Origin: Spirochaetaceae bacterium
GTDB lineage: Bacteria; Spirochaetota; Spirochaetia; DSM-2461
Reading direction: 5' to 3'
Length of the DNA stretch: 64,000 bases
Assembly: GCA_051531975.1 (NCBI GenBank)
Contig: JAOPTT010000006.1
Coordinates: forward strand, 160,656-224,655
The notes beneath the pieces were generated by a model. It was not told where the DNA came from and searched no databases. It was given only the letters and a program-made list of their open reading frames with translations. The position numbers and the translations under genes are program-made. Below are positions 1-10,867 of the stretch, piece by piece (positions within the stretch are counted from its first letter, which is position 1; each line of letters begins with the position of its first letter).

Positions 1-297
1 TTTATATTTTCTATATATACAACTTTTAAATCAAATAAAGCTATAGTCAATTGATTTAATTTGTTGTTAAGTGGAATTCTAGAATATGATATATTTAATA
101 CTATTAGAATTGAACATCCTATGCATTTCTATATTAAACTAACTCAATAATAGATATTAAACTAAGGATTACAACTTATGAAATTATCTCTGAGAATTTG
201 ATTATGGAAATCTTTCACTTTTAGTTTCATAAGCAATATTAACTACAGGACAAATTAAAAATATTGTATAATACTATTTTTGTTCTATAATTTAATT

Positions 298-714
298 ATG
301 AAAAAAATATATGTCATATTATTAGTTTTTTTATTTTGTCAATTATGGGGGCAAGATTTTACAGGAACTTGGAAATCAGATACTTTTGAGTATAATTATA
401 ATGGTGCTGATGATATTCTGTATACCGAAGTTATTTACACTGAAAGCACTTTTATCTCAACAAATTATTACTCAGAAAAAGAAGGTATTCAGTTTAAAAT
501 CTGGGGTATTGTTGAGATTATTGATATAGATTCTTTAATATTAACAACTAATAAGTATATGGATCAAAAAACAGGTGAAGAAATATCCATAGAAAATGGT
601 CAGGTTAGATATATAAATTATATAATTAAAGAAGATATTCTTACCTATGAAAAAAGAGATAAAAATCAAAATGAATTTGGTGATTTTTTTCTTGAATTTA
701 AAAAATTAAAATAG
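298..714 (+). CDS. Secreted hypothetical protein (possible lipocalin-like fold)
   Basis: ORF track 280..714; better start ATG 298 (MKKIYVILLVFLFCQLWG signal peptide) 6 nt after TATAAT; GTW motif near the mature N-terminus. Confidence 0.7.
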   Translation: MKKIYVILLVFLFCQLWGQDFTGTWKSDTFEYNYNGADDILYTEVIYTESTFISTNYYSEKEGIQFKIWGIVEIIDIDSLILTTNKYMDQKTGEEISIENGQVRYINYIIKEDILTYEKRDKNQNEFGDFFLEFKKLK

Positions 715-1169
715 GTTAAAGATATAAAAACTTAAACTATAAATTGTTATTTACGGCATCACCCACGACAGGTTTGGGACATTTTTAGTTTAGTAATATA
801 TCCTTGTTCAACAAATGATGAAACGCCACTAATCATTTATCGATGTAATTTTATAATTGTGTAAATATATCTTAATTCTATAGAGAACATAATATCCTAT
901 ATTTTGATACTCCTATCGACTACAGCTAATGTAACATATATTATTAGGTGTACCAAAAGAGAGTCTGGGTGAATGTGGAAATATTACCTCATACAATATT
1001 AAGTATGCTTTAAGAACTCGTCATTCAAAAGTATCTAGTTCATTACACATAAATTAGTCATGAATATTTTAGTTTATATTGTATACATAGTATTAAATAA
1101 AGCAAAATTTTCAATTTGTACAAAATCCAACTTTCGTACTGCCAATATATTTAAAACGTACCTCGCGTT

Positions 1170-1274
1170 TCAATTCATTAATAAGATAATAACCGTTTGT
1201 GACATTACAATTAAAATAACGATTCCAGCCGAAATGAATAGAACCTTTCCATTGGCGACACTCATGTAGTCCAT
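1170..1274 (-). pseudogene. Truncated 5' fragment of a DUF5058-like membrane protein gene
   Basis: SD GAGG then MDYMSVANGKVLFISAGIVILIVMSQTVIILLMN*; resembles DUF5058 N-termini from memory; directly downstream of the kinase gene. Confidence 0.55.
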
Positions 1275-1290
1275 TTTTTATTCCTCTGTT

Positions 1291-4200
1291 TTATATACTA
1301 TTTAAAATCTCTTCTAATATCATTTTTGCTTCTTTCATTTTGTATTTACTAAGAAATTTTAACGCCTCTTCTATTTTTGAATGTGATAGTTTCTCTAATA
1401 TCTCTACTGCTGGTTTAGGTTTTCTTTTTTCAAGGAATCCTATAGCCGATTGTAAACTCTCTTTTAGCTCATCATCAGTTATATTTTTTACCTCTGCAGA
1501 CACTTCGACTTCAGTTGATATATTCTCATTTACACCATTTATCATCTGATTTAATACTGGCAGTATTGTTTTAAGTGCCTGTAACCAATCGCCGTCTTCT
1601 TTAAACTCTTTTTCTAACACTGCAGAGAGTTTCTGAAGCTCTTCTCCACCAAGGTTGGCACTTACTCCTTTTATTGTATGAGCAGCTCTTATAGCTTCTT
1701 CTCTGTTTTCTTTGTCCGTAATAGCTTTTATATCATTTTCAAACTCTTTATAGTCTGTTGCGAACTGTTTCAGAAGTTTTTTATATAACTTTCTATTACC
1801 ACCAACTCGATTTAAGCCCTGTTCTGTATCTATTTTAGGTAAAACAAGATCTTCTTCTTTGTCATTATTAGAACTCTCGATATTTTCTGTATAATAATCA
1901 GGAATGATTCTCTTTTTAGGTTTTATCCAGGCAGCTAGTGTATTCCATAATTCAGTGGTATTAATTGGTTTAGTAATGTAGTCATTCATCCCTACTTCTA
2001 TAACTTTATCCCTAACACCGGTCATTGCGTCGGCAGTCATGGCAATAATTGGCAGCCTATCTTGTGTAAAAGTTTTTCTAATAAGCTCTGTTGATTCATA
2101 ACCACCCATTACTGGCATTTGAAGATCCATAAGCACTAATTCATAGTCACCTTCTAAAGCCATATTCGCTCCGATCTGACCATTATCTGCGATATCGATA
2201 TAGAAGCCCTCTTGTTCAATTAATTCTTTTGCTACCTGTTGGTTTATATCATTATCTTCAACGAGCAGAATCTTTGCACCTCTAATATCATCAAAGTTTT
2301 CTGGTTTCTCATCTTTTTTATAATCATTGGTCAAAAGATTTGTAGACTTACCAAATACATTCATTATAGTATCAAGTAACATTGACGGACTAACTGGTTT
2401 AACAAGGAAGCCTTGTAGACCAATATCTTGTGCTTCGTGAATTATCTCTTCACGGCCAAAACTGGTCACCATTACTATCTGAGGAATTTCTACATTTTCT
2501 AACTCTGTTTTTATCTTTTTAGAAGCTTCGATACCATTCATTCCTGGCATCTGGTAATCCATTAAAACTAAGTCATAAACTCTGCTACCCTCTGCCTTAG
2601 ATTTAATTATCTCCCTAAGGGCTAAGTCCCCGGACTCAACACCGGTAACTTCAAAATTCATCTCTTTTAGATAGATTCCTAGAACCTCTCGTGATGTCTC
2701 ATTGTCATCTACAACAAGAACTTTTAATCCCTTTAACTCGACCGGGGTCGCTTTTACCTCTTTTTTCTCACCAATTTCTAGTAGTGCTGTGAAATAGAAG
2801 GTACTCCCTTCTCCATGTTCACTGTTTACCCCAATTTCTCCTCCCATCATCTCTGATAGTCGTTTACTAATGGTAAGTCCTAAGCCTGTTCCTCCATATT
2901 TTCTTGTTGTAGAGGAGTCGGCCTGGGAGAATGATGTAAATAGTTTATTTATCTGTTCCCCAGTTAATCCGATACCTGTATCCCTAACTTCAAATCGTAA
3001 CATAACACTGTTCTCAACCTGTTTTACTAGTTTCGTTGCAACTTCAATCTCACCACTTTCAGTGAACTTAACCGCATTGTTAGACAGGTTAAGAAGAATT
3101 TGCCCTAATCTTAATGGATCACCTATAAGATCGTTTGGTATTGCTGACTCTTGGTTGAAGATCAGCTCTACACCCTTAGAGCTAGCTTTATCCCCAATCA
3201 TATCTGCTAGTGAAGACATTACACTATTTAGAAAAAAAGGGATCTTCTCTATATCTAGTTTACCTGCTTCAATCTTAGAAAAATCTAAAATATCATTGAT
3301 AATACCTAATAAGTTTTTAGCTGCCCCATTTATCTTTTCAGCATAATCTTTCTGCTTTCTATTTAGTTCCGTTTTAAGTAATAAGTGGTCTAAACCTAAT
3401 ATCGCATTCATTGGTGTTCTTATCTCATGACTCATATTAGCTAAAAAGTCACTTTTGGCACGGGTAGCAGCTTCTGCTTCATCTTTTGCTAGCTCTAATC
3501 CCTGTTGTGCTAGGACTTGCTCACTTACATCAATAAATGTTCCCATTTCTTGTAGTGCTGTACCATCTTTATTCTTTTTTGTTACATCACAACGGAGACC
3601 TACAAAACGAACTTCGCCATTGCTTTTAATTACAGGGTATGTAGCACTATAACTATCAATTTCTCCTGTAATAGATGCTGAAAACTTAGTTAAAATATCA
3701 TCAACCATAACTTGATATTCAGGGGTTAGTTTTGCTACATCTTGCATTAAACCAGCCCATTTACTTATGTTATATGTACCTTCAGGATTTATCGGAAACT
3801 CTAACATCTCTGCTACATTGTCAGTGGCATGAAAAGTATCTTCTTCGTTAAAATTTATCCACCAAACACCCACTTCTGAAGCTTTAAGTGAACCGTAAAC
3901 AAGTTGATTTAGTAGGTTTAGACTGTTTTCTCGTTCTTTATCCTCCGTAATATTCTTGTTTATTCCCATCATAGTCTTTGGGCTTCCATCACTATTTCTT
4001 TCTACTATTTGACCATCACCTGACATCCATATATATTTCTCATCAGAAGGATGCCTATATCGAAAAATAGAGTGATATTTATCTACTTTTCCTTCTAAAT
4101 GATCTGTGAGTGCTTTAAATGCCTCTTCTTTATCTTCAGGGTGTAGCCGTTCCCCCCATGTTTTGGCAACATTCTCTTCTGTTGGATCAAAGCCAAATAA

Positions 4201-6852
4201 CTTTAGGTACAAAGGAGAGCCTATGGTTCTATCAGTTGCTACGTCCCACTCCCATGTTGCAAGTCCAGCACCCTCTGTTGTTATTTTAAATCGTTCATCA
4301 CTTCTTTCTAACTCTTTAGTTCTAGCTTTTACATTCTCTTCTAAAATTTTTCTCTGCTTATATAAGGTTTTTGTACGATTATTTAGAATTAATAATATTA
4401 ATCCTATAACTAATATTATATATAGTGATATTGCCCACCATCTAAACCAAGGAGGATTCTCTACATGGATTAATAAAGATACTTCCTGTTTAGGTAGACT
4501 CCATATCCCATCATTATTTGTACCTCGAACTCTAAGTGTATAAGTCCCCCCAGGTAGCCCTGTATATGAACCAAAACGACGAGTTCCAGCCTTATACCAC
4601 TCTCTATCATAACCTTCCAGTTTATATTCAAATCTGTTTTTTTTAGAGAATAGGTAGTTCAGAGCGGTATACTCAAACTCTATTGAACGATCTCGCCAAC
4701 CAAGGCTTATTTCATCTAAATGTTCAAATGATTTATCTGTCTTTATGATCTCTCCACTCTGTTTTATAGCAGTAATATAGATGTTAGGTGATAGGTCATT
4801 TGATGTTAATTCCTCTGGGATAAAACGGTTTAAGCCGTTATAACCACCAAACCATAAAGCACCATCATCGGATTTTCCTCTGGCGGTAGCAAAAAAGTCA
4901 TGGCTATGTAGACCATCCTCCTTTGTGTATACTTTAAGAACTTCTTCAGTCTCTATGTCTATAGAAACCAAACCAATATCAGTTCCTAACCAGATTCTTC
5001 TACTTCTATCTTCTAAAATATTGTGTACTATTGTTGCTTTAAAACCACGTTCTGATCCAATTCTGTCAAAGGTTCCTGTTTTTTTATCAAAAAGGTGTAG
5101 CCCACGGTCTGTTGATACCCAGAACTTACCAGTAGAGTCCTCTAGAACATCGTAAACAGTATTTGAACTGATTGATTTAGAGTCTGATGGATTGTGTTGG
5201 AAGTGAGTAAAAGTTGATGTAGTTTGGTTAAACTTCTCTAATCCTCCTCCCCAGGTTGCAATCCATAAAATGTTTTTATCATCCTTATCTCTAATCATTC
5301 TAATTGAAGTTACTGCTGCAAAGCTTTCTGGGTTATTAGGGTCGTGTTCAAAAACCTCTCTCTCCATAGTTTTTAGGTTCAGTCTATGTAGACTTTGTTC
5401 CCAACCTACAGCCCATATAACATCGGGGTTTTTATGATCTTCAATCATGGTGTAGTACCAGGTATCATCGGTATACTGTCTGATCACTTCTCTTTTATTA
5501 GAGTCCCAGGTAACTAACCCCCCTGCAGTAGATATAAAAAAATCACCCTTACTACTTTCGTAAAAACCAGATGAATATCCGTGGGGAAGTGTTTTAGGAT
5601 TAGCTGAATCACTTTTATGATGGGTAAAGCTACCATCAGCAGGGTTATATAGGTCTAAACCTTCACCAAAGTTACCAATCCATACATTCTTATTTGTGTC
5701 TTGGTAAATAGGCAACGGTGAATTACTTGCAATTGAATTTGGGTTACTGAGGCTATGGGTAAAGAGTTCAAAGTTATGCCCTCTTGGATCAAACTTATCG
5801 ACTTTTCCGTTGGTATGAACAATCCAAAGAGTTCCATCTCGGTCTTCAAAAGCACCAGTAATGGTGTCAGTGGTGAGTATTGGATCTTTACCTATTTCAT
5901 TTATATACTGCTTAAAAGTTTCACTTATAGGATCAAAGATTATAACTCCATAGGATGAAGCATCACTTAACAGTATAATATTTCCATTTTTTAACTGGTA
6001 GATGTCACCAATACGTATATTTGGTATAGATTTTTGGTCTAATGGGTCATGTTTTACAATAGAGAATAAACTACTTTGTTTGTCCATACGAATAAGGCCA
6101 TCGTTTAGAGATGCAAACCAAATATTCCCATTGGTATCTTCAAATACTGCTCTAATGCTATTTTGGGGAAAGCTGTTAGGATCTTCAGGATTATTAATAT
6201 AACGAGTTACCTCACCTGTTTCAGGATCTAATCTATTTACACCACTCTCTTTTGTACCTATCCATATAAAACCTTCACTGTCTTCAAACAGGCAGAAGAT
6301 ATTGTTCTCTGAGATTGAATTTGGGTCATTAGAGTTGTGAAAGTAGTTTGTAAACTCCCCATTAAAGTACATAGAGAGGCCAGTTTGTGTTCCAAACCAC
6401 ATACGACCTCTTTTATCTTGAATAATACATTTTGATGAGAAGTTGAAAACATTTCCTGCTAAGGTTGTAGTAGTGTTTTCAGGATCCCCATAAAACTTTT
6501 TAATACTGTTTGTTTTTTTGTTGTAAATATTTAATCCGTAGTTTGTTCCTACCCAGATTTTACCATCATCATCTTCAAACAGTTGTGTAACAAAATCGTT
6601 ACTAATACCATTTTCTCCGGCTTTTATCGGTTTTGTTTCTGCACCATCGAATCTAACCATTCCATTAAAGAATGAACTAAACCAGAGAAAGCCATCTTGG
6701 TCTTGTATTACAGAATAACAGATCTGACCTCCAATATCGAAGGTGTAATCAAATGATGGGTTGATATCTTCCTGTATTCCGAAGAGCGTTATAGATATGT
6801 TAAGTAAGAATATAACAAAGAATATATTTGAGATAAAAATACGATTTTTCAT
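1291..6852 (-). CDS. Hybrid sensor histidine kinase: beta-propeller (Reg_prop)/Y_Y_Y sensor, TM, PAS, HisKA, HATPase, 2x REC, HPt
   Basis: Repeated ..EDxxGxIWxGT..GL motifs, GTNNDGIWS, MSHEIRTPMN, GGTGLGL, two REC domains, AAHTIKG. Confidence 0.95.
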   Translation of the reverse strand: MKNRIFISNIFFVIFLLNISITLFGIQEDINPSFDYTFDIGGQICYSVIQDQDGFLWFSSFFNGMVRFDGAETKPIKAGENGISNDFVTQLFEDDDGKIWVGTNYGLNIYNKKTNSIKKFYGDPENTTTTLAGNVFNFSSKCIIQDKRGRMWFGTQTGLSMYFNGEFTNYFHNSNDPNSISENNIFCLFEDSEGFIWIGTKESGVNRLDPETGEVTRYINNPEDPNSFPQNSIRAVFEDTNGNIWFASLNDGLIRMDKQSSLFSIVKHDPLDQKSIPNIRIGDIYQLKNGNIILLSDASSYGVIIFDPISETFKQYINEIGKDPILTTDTITGAFEDRDGTLWIVHTNGKVDKFDPRGHNFELFTHSLSNPNSIASNSPLPIYQDTNKNVWIGNFGEGLDLYNPADGSFTHHKSDSANPKTLPHGYSSGFYESSKGDFFISTAGGLVTWDSNKREVIRQYTDDTWYYTMIEDHKNPDVIWAVGWEQSLHRLNLKTMEREVFEHDPNNPESFAAVTSIRMIRDKDDKNILWIATWGGGLEKFNQTTSTFTHFQHNPSDSKSISSNTVYDVLEDSTGKFWVSTDRGLHLFDKKTGTFDRIGSERGFKATIVHNILEDRSRRIWLGTDIGLVSIDIETEEVLKVYTKEDGLHSHDFFATARGKSDDGALWFGGYNGLNRFIPEELTSNDLSPNIYITAIKQSGEIIKTDKSFEHLDEISLGWRDRSIEFEYTALNYLFSKKNRFEYKLEGYDREWYKAGTRRFGSYTGLPGGTYTLRVRGTNNDGIWSLPKQEVSLLIHVENPPWFRWWAISLYIILVIGLILLILNNRTKTLYKQRKILEENVKARTKELERSDERFKITTEGAGLATWEWDVATDRTIGSPLYLKLFGFDPTEENVAKTWGERLHPEDKEEAFKALTDHLEGKVDKYHSIFRYRHPSDEKYIWMSGDGQIVERNSDGSPKTMMGINKNITEDKERENSLNLLNQLVYGSLKASEVGVWWINFNEEDTFHATDNVAEMLEFPINPEGTYNISKWAGLMQDVAKLTPEYQVMVDDILTKFSASITGEIDSYSATYPVIKSNGEVRFVGLRCDVTKKNKDGTALQEMGTFIDVSEQVLAQQGLELAKDEAEAATRAKSDFLANMSHEIRTPMNAILGLDHLLLKTELNRKQKDYAEKINGAAKNLLGIINDILDFSKIEAGKLDIEKIPFFLNSVMSSLADMIGDKASSKGVELIFNQESAIPNDLIGDPLRLGQILLNLSNNAVKFTESGEIEVATKLVKQVENSVMLRFEVRDTGIGLTGEQINKLFTSFSQADSSTTRKYGGTGLGLTISKRLSEMMGGEIGVNSEHGEGSTFYFTALLEIGEKKEVKATPVELKGLKVLVVDDNETSREVLGIYLKEMNFEVTGVESGDLALREIIKSKAEGSRVYDLVLMDYQMPGMNGIEASKKIKTELENVEIPQIVMVTSFGREEIIHEAQDIGLQGFLVKPVSPSMLLDTIMNVFGKSTNLLTNDYKKDEKPENFDDIRGAKILLVEDNDINQQVAKELIEQEGFYIDIADNGQIGANMALEGDYELVLMDLQMPVMGGYESTELIRKTFTQDRLPIIAMTADAMTGVRDKVIEVGMNDYITKPINTTELWNTLAAWIKPKKRIIPDYYTENIESSNNDKEEDLVLPKIDTEQGLNRVGGNRKLYKKLLKQFATDYKEFENDIKAITDKENREEAIRAAHTIKGVSANLGGEELQKLSAVLEKEFKEDGDWLQALKTILPVLNQMINGVNENISTEVEVSAEVKNITDDELKESLQSAIGFLEKRKPKPAVEILEKLSHSKIEEALKFLSKYKMKEAKMILEEILNSI

Positions 6853-7196
6853 AATTTAATTATATCTTTTAATCAGTTAAATACAAGTTGTTTTTAGGAG
6901 TCCATGTTATAACACGTGCAGCAATATCGAATTTATATTCTAATTACTAATTTGTAATATATTTACTTACATAAACTATTATATATGCTTTCGTATTGTG
7001 GTAATTACTCTACATTATAAATTTTATTATAGAAATCTTTCATCTTTAAAACTATACATAGTGATTTACTCCATACCGTTACTTCAGGTTTGGGACAATT
7101 TAATCTAGAAAAGTTTCACCATTAAAATGGTATAGTTGTAGTAATTTTGATTGTGATAATATTAAAATTTTAAATAAGGGACATAATATTCTTATT

Positions 7197-7860
7197 TTGG
7201 TACTTCTATCGTGTTTAGATTCAATAATTCCAGACCTCTTAAAAGAGGAATCTTTAGAAACCACAAGAATATGGTCTTTAGCTGGAAGACTAGAAAATGA
7301 ATCAGTATTTATTAGAAAACCTCCAATAAGAAAACCTCACCATGGAGCATCATTAGAAGGTTTAGTAGGTGGAGGGAAACATCATCAGCCAGGTGAAATA
7401 TCATTAGCTCATAACGGTTACCTGTTTCTAGATGAAATAGCAGAGTTTAAAACTTCCATAATTCAAAGTCTAAGGCAACCAATGGAGGAGTGAAGAGTAT
7501 CACTAAATAGAGCAAAAGTATCTACCTGGTAACCTGCAAACTTTAGGTTAATAGCAACTGCAAACCCATGTCCATTTGCAAACCTAGGTAAAGAAGATGG
7601 TATCTGTATGTGCTTAGAAAAGAGATTAGATGGTACTGGAGACGAATTGTGGAGTAATTATGGATAGGATAGATATTATGGTTCCTGTTACTCCTGTTTT
7701 AACTAAAGTTATGCTAGAGGATTAAGGTGCTAATTCTAAGGATATATAGATGAAGGTTGATATTGCTGTTAATAGACAAAGAACACGATATAAAGACTCT
7801 TCAATAACTTGTAATGCCAGAATACCATCTGGAGAAATTGATAAGTTCTGTTATCTATCT
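7197..7860 (+). pseudogene. comM: comM/yifB (Mg-chelatase-like AAA+) 3'-half remnant, copy A
   Basis: [52 protein letters not shown]; in-frame stops (TGA 7491) and frameshifts; no N-terminal half. Confidence 0.9.
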
Positions 7861-8294
7861 CAATAGTATGTGACATATTATGCGTAGTTTAAAAATAATA
7901 TAACACATAGATTAGCAACAATCCCCACGAGGTTAAATTTCGGTCGATTTTTGTATAATTATTGACAACCATGTAAAATAGGATTCATAATCACACTATA
8001 CATGTTAATATTTGTCCTGAATTTGAACACTACTCAAAAATAGATTAAAGCACATTTCTGTAGTAACAATTCTTGGCCCGTGACAATGTGACAAATGAAT
8101 GATTACCACAATGTTTTTAGAGAAACAGTGCAATAATCTTGCATTAGATTTTAAGTGGCTGGAGTTTTTTTTTAGAAAATATTGCAGTTCTGATATAGAA
8201 TATTGATAGAGTATTTAAGAAAAAGAATTTATTGGCTTTAAAGCCGATAGCTATACAAAGCTATAAATTATCCCCCAGAGAAAATGGAGACGAT

Positions 8295-10529
8295 ATGAAC
8301 AGAATAAAAAGCATTTTATTGATATCAGTAATATTATTGATAACACTATTAAGTAGTTGTGCCACTGTCGAGGTTCGTGCAGCAAAGAAAGGGGATATAG
8401 AATCCCTTAAGAAATTTATTGATAAAGGCGGCGACGTTAATGAGCCAGAAAAGGGTGGAACAACCCTACTCATGTATGCTTCAGAAGCCGGTCAGACTCA
8501 AGTCATCAGTTTTTTACTGGATAAAGGGGCAATTATCAGTCTCAAAGATAACAACGGACGAAGCGCATTTATTTATGCAGTCATAGCCCGAAAACAGGGC
8601 GCTGCCCAGCTGCTTCTACAGAGAGGTGCTGATGTAAACATAGTTCTCTCTTCAGGTGATTCTGCCCTAACTCTTACGGCTCAATCTCAGAATCAGAATA
8701 TGATAAAAATACTTCTAGAAAACGGAGCTGACCTGAATCATAAGAATTATGGTGGATGGTCTGCACTGACTCTCAGTCTCAGCAAGGATGCTCAAGGGCC
8801 TACAGGGATAAATAAGGCCAGCACTATTCTGATAGACCTGAATGCCGATCTGGACCCTGATTCTGGGAATGTTCGTATAGTGGCCTTTTCAGCAGCCTCA
8901 TCGGGAAATAAAGACGTCCTTAAATATCTGCTGGATCTAGGATTAGATCTTGAAAGTAAGTCCGATAAAGGGGCGACCCTTCTACTAACTGCTGTTTTAG
9001 CACAGAAAATCGAAATGGTACGTTATCTCCTGAATCTTGGAGCCGACTGGTCTGTAAAGGATTCATCAGGATGGTCAATCCTTATGAAATCCCTGTATGA
9101 CAGTGCTTCTAAAGGTAAAGGGCTGGATACAATTGCAAAACTTCTTATGGATAAAGGTGCCCGTCCGGAAGGCTCTTCACCACATGGTGTAACCACAGGA
9201 TACAAGGCTGGAGAGAAAGGGGCAGTAGAGATACTGAGCCTTCTCATTGATAACGGACTCTCTCCTAATATCAAGGATTCATCGGGATGGTCAATTCTTA
9301 TGAAATCCCTATATGACAGTGCTTCCAATGGTAATGGGCCAGATACAATTGCAAAACTTCTTATGGATAAAGGCGCCCATCCGGAAGGCTCCTCTCCACA
9401 GGGTGTAACTACAGGATACAAGGCTGGAGAGAAAGGGGCAGTAGAGATACTGAACCTTCTCATTAATAACGGACTCTCTCCTTATATCAAGGATGCAAAA
9501 GGCAATAGCCTTCTAATTATTGGTATTGCACATACAAAGATTGTCAAGCTGCTGATTTCCTTGGGTGTTCCTGTAGATGGTAGAAACGAGCAGAGATATA
9601 CTCCTTTGATTATGGCTGCAGCCGGTGGCTATAGAGATTCACTTTCTCTCCTCTTGCGGGCAGGTGCAGAACCGGACCTCAGGGATAACAATCGCCAGAC
9701 AGCTCTGTTATATGCAGCCGGAACCTCAGATGTTGAAATGGTTCGTAAACTGCTGATTGCGGGAGCTTCTCCCCATACCACCGATAAAACAGGTAATACA
9801 GCTCTACATAAAGCAGCAGCTAAAGGTGTTCCAGAAACAGTTCGCCTGTTACTGACATCTGGAACCTATGTGGATTCTGCAAATGCTCAGGGAGATACAC
9901 CCTATGTTCTAACTTATAAAAACAAGAAACAAGGTTCTAGCATAAGAGAAATACTGGCAATAGGGGGTGCAAAGGTTCCTGTAGAAAAGCCGACAATCGT
10001 AGAAAAACCGACAATCGTAGAAAAACCGACAATCGTAGAAAAACCGATAATCGTAGAAAAACCGATAATCGTAGAAAAACCGATAATCGTAGAAAAACCG
10101 ATAATCGTAGAAGTGCCGACAATCGTAGAAGTACCGACACCTAAACCACAGCCTGCTTCACCAGTAGAGCCTGAAGCTGGCACACAACCTGACCTAACAG
10201 TCCGATTCGGTTGGCCTTCTATCAACCCTTCAGACATAAGAGGCTGGAATAACAGTGATAAGATGATTGGAACAGCTACACTACAGATCGGCTACAGTTC
10301 AGAATCATCATGGTTTTACGAGCACACAATGGATATTCCAAGAAAAGGTGTAAATGCCGACAGCTATGAAGCAAATCTTGATTTTGGAAATAGAACCTTA
10401 GACCCCTGTAAAGCAGTTTTAACTATTCCTACCAAGAAAGGAAATGCCCTAGTATGTGAAATCACAGTTCAACCTGACCTGGATGGTAGAATGATTCTGT
10501 ATTTTGAAGATTTCATATATAAAAAATAG
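8295..10529 (+). CDS. Ankyrin-repeat lipoprotein with Pro-rich linker and unknown C-terminal domain
   Basis: SD GGAG before ATG 8295, lipobox LLSSC, many ankyrin motifs (GNTALHKAA, TPLIMAAA); visibly higher GC than flanks. Confidence 0.9.
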   Translation: MNRIKSILLISVILLITLLSSCATVEVRAAKKGDIESLKKFIDKGGDVNEPEKGGTTLLMYASEAGQTQVISFLLDKGAIISLKDNNGRSAFIYAVIARKQGAAQLLLQRGADVNIVLSSGDSALTLTAQSQNQNMIKILLENGADLNHKNYGGWSALTLSLSKDAQGPTGINKASTILIDLNADLDPDSGNVRIVAFSAASSGNKDVLKYLLDLGLDLESKSDKGATLLLTAVLAQKIEMVRYLLNLGADWSVKDSSGWSILMKSLYDSASKGKGLDTIAKLLMDKGARPEGSSPHGVTTGYKAGEKGAVEILSLLIDNGLSPNIKDSSGWSILMKSLYDSASNGNGPDTIAKLLMDKGAHPEGSSPQGVTTGYKAGEKGAVEILNLLINNGLSPYIKDAKGNSLLIIGIAHTKIVKLLISLGVPVDGRNEQRYTPLIMAAAGGYRDSLSLLLRAGAEPDLRDNNRQTALLYAAGTSDVEMVRKLLIAGASPHTTDKTGNTALHKAAAKGVPETVRLLLTSGTYVDSANAQGDTPYVLTYKNKKQGSSIREILAIGGAKVPVEKPTIVEKPTIVEKPTIVEKPIIVEKPIIVEKPIIVEKPIIVEVPTIVEVPTPKPQPASPVEPEAGTQPDLTVRFGWPSINPSDIRGWNNSDKMIGTATLQIGYSSESSWFYEHTMDIPRKGVNADSYEANLDFGNRTLDPCKAVLTIPTKKGNALVCEITVQPDLDGRMILYFEDFIYKK
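9057..9488 (+). repeat. Intragenic tandem duplication, 2 x 216 bp (72 aa)
   Basis: AAGGATTCATC(A/G)GGATGGTCAAT starts at 9057 and 9273; near-identical units. Confidence 0.95.
9981..10139 (+). repeat. 18-bp coding tandem repeat, ~9 units (VE[K/V]P[T/I]I)
   Basis: GTAGAAAAACCGA(C/T)AATC units read directly. Confidence 0.97.
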
Positions 10530-10760
10530 AAGCAGTATCCTGACCGTTCCTCCCAGAATAGTCGGGAAACGGTTTTCTCATTCAATGCCCCAAACTACCT
10601 ATTTATCCGGTTATACGTCGGTAGCAGGGGGTAATACCAACTCTTATACAATTTAAATCTATTTGACTCCCGAGACATTTTGCTTTCCTAGAGGAACTCA
10701 GGCTTCAGTATTGATAACTTTGTTCAGAATCTTACAGATATGGCACGAGTTAATCTCGTG

Positions 10761-10855
10761 GAATATCGTCACTAGTAGGCAGACTAGAAAATGAATAAGT
10801 ATTTATTAGAAAACCACCCCAAACACACACCATGGATCTTCATTAGGAGGTTTAG
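10761..10855 (+). pseudogene. comM: comM remnant, copy B1 ([11 protein letters not shown]...HHGASLEGL region)
   Basis: AGACTAGAAAATGAAT.AGTATTTATTAGAAAACC and CACCATGGA.C.TCATTAG.AGGTTTAG align to 7268-7365. Confidence 0.85.
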
Positions 10856-10867
10856 AATAATAGATAT

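Noticed and set aside
1060..1269. 69-aa + strand ORF
   Set aside because: Shadow of the minus-strand DUF5058-like stub, which has the RBS.
9981..10139. Possible CRISPR-like repeat array
   Set aside because: No spacers, in-frame 18-bp coding units and no cas genes.
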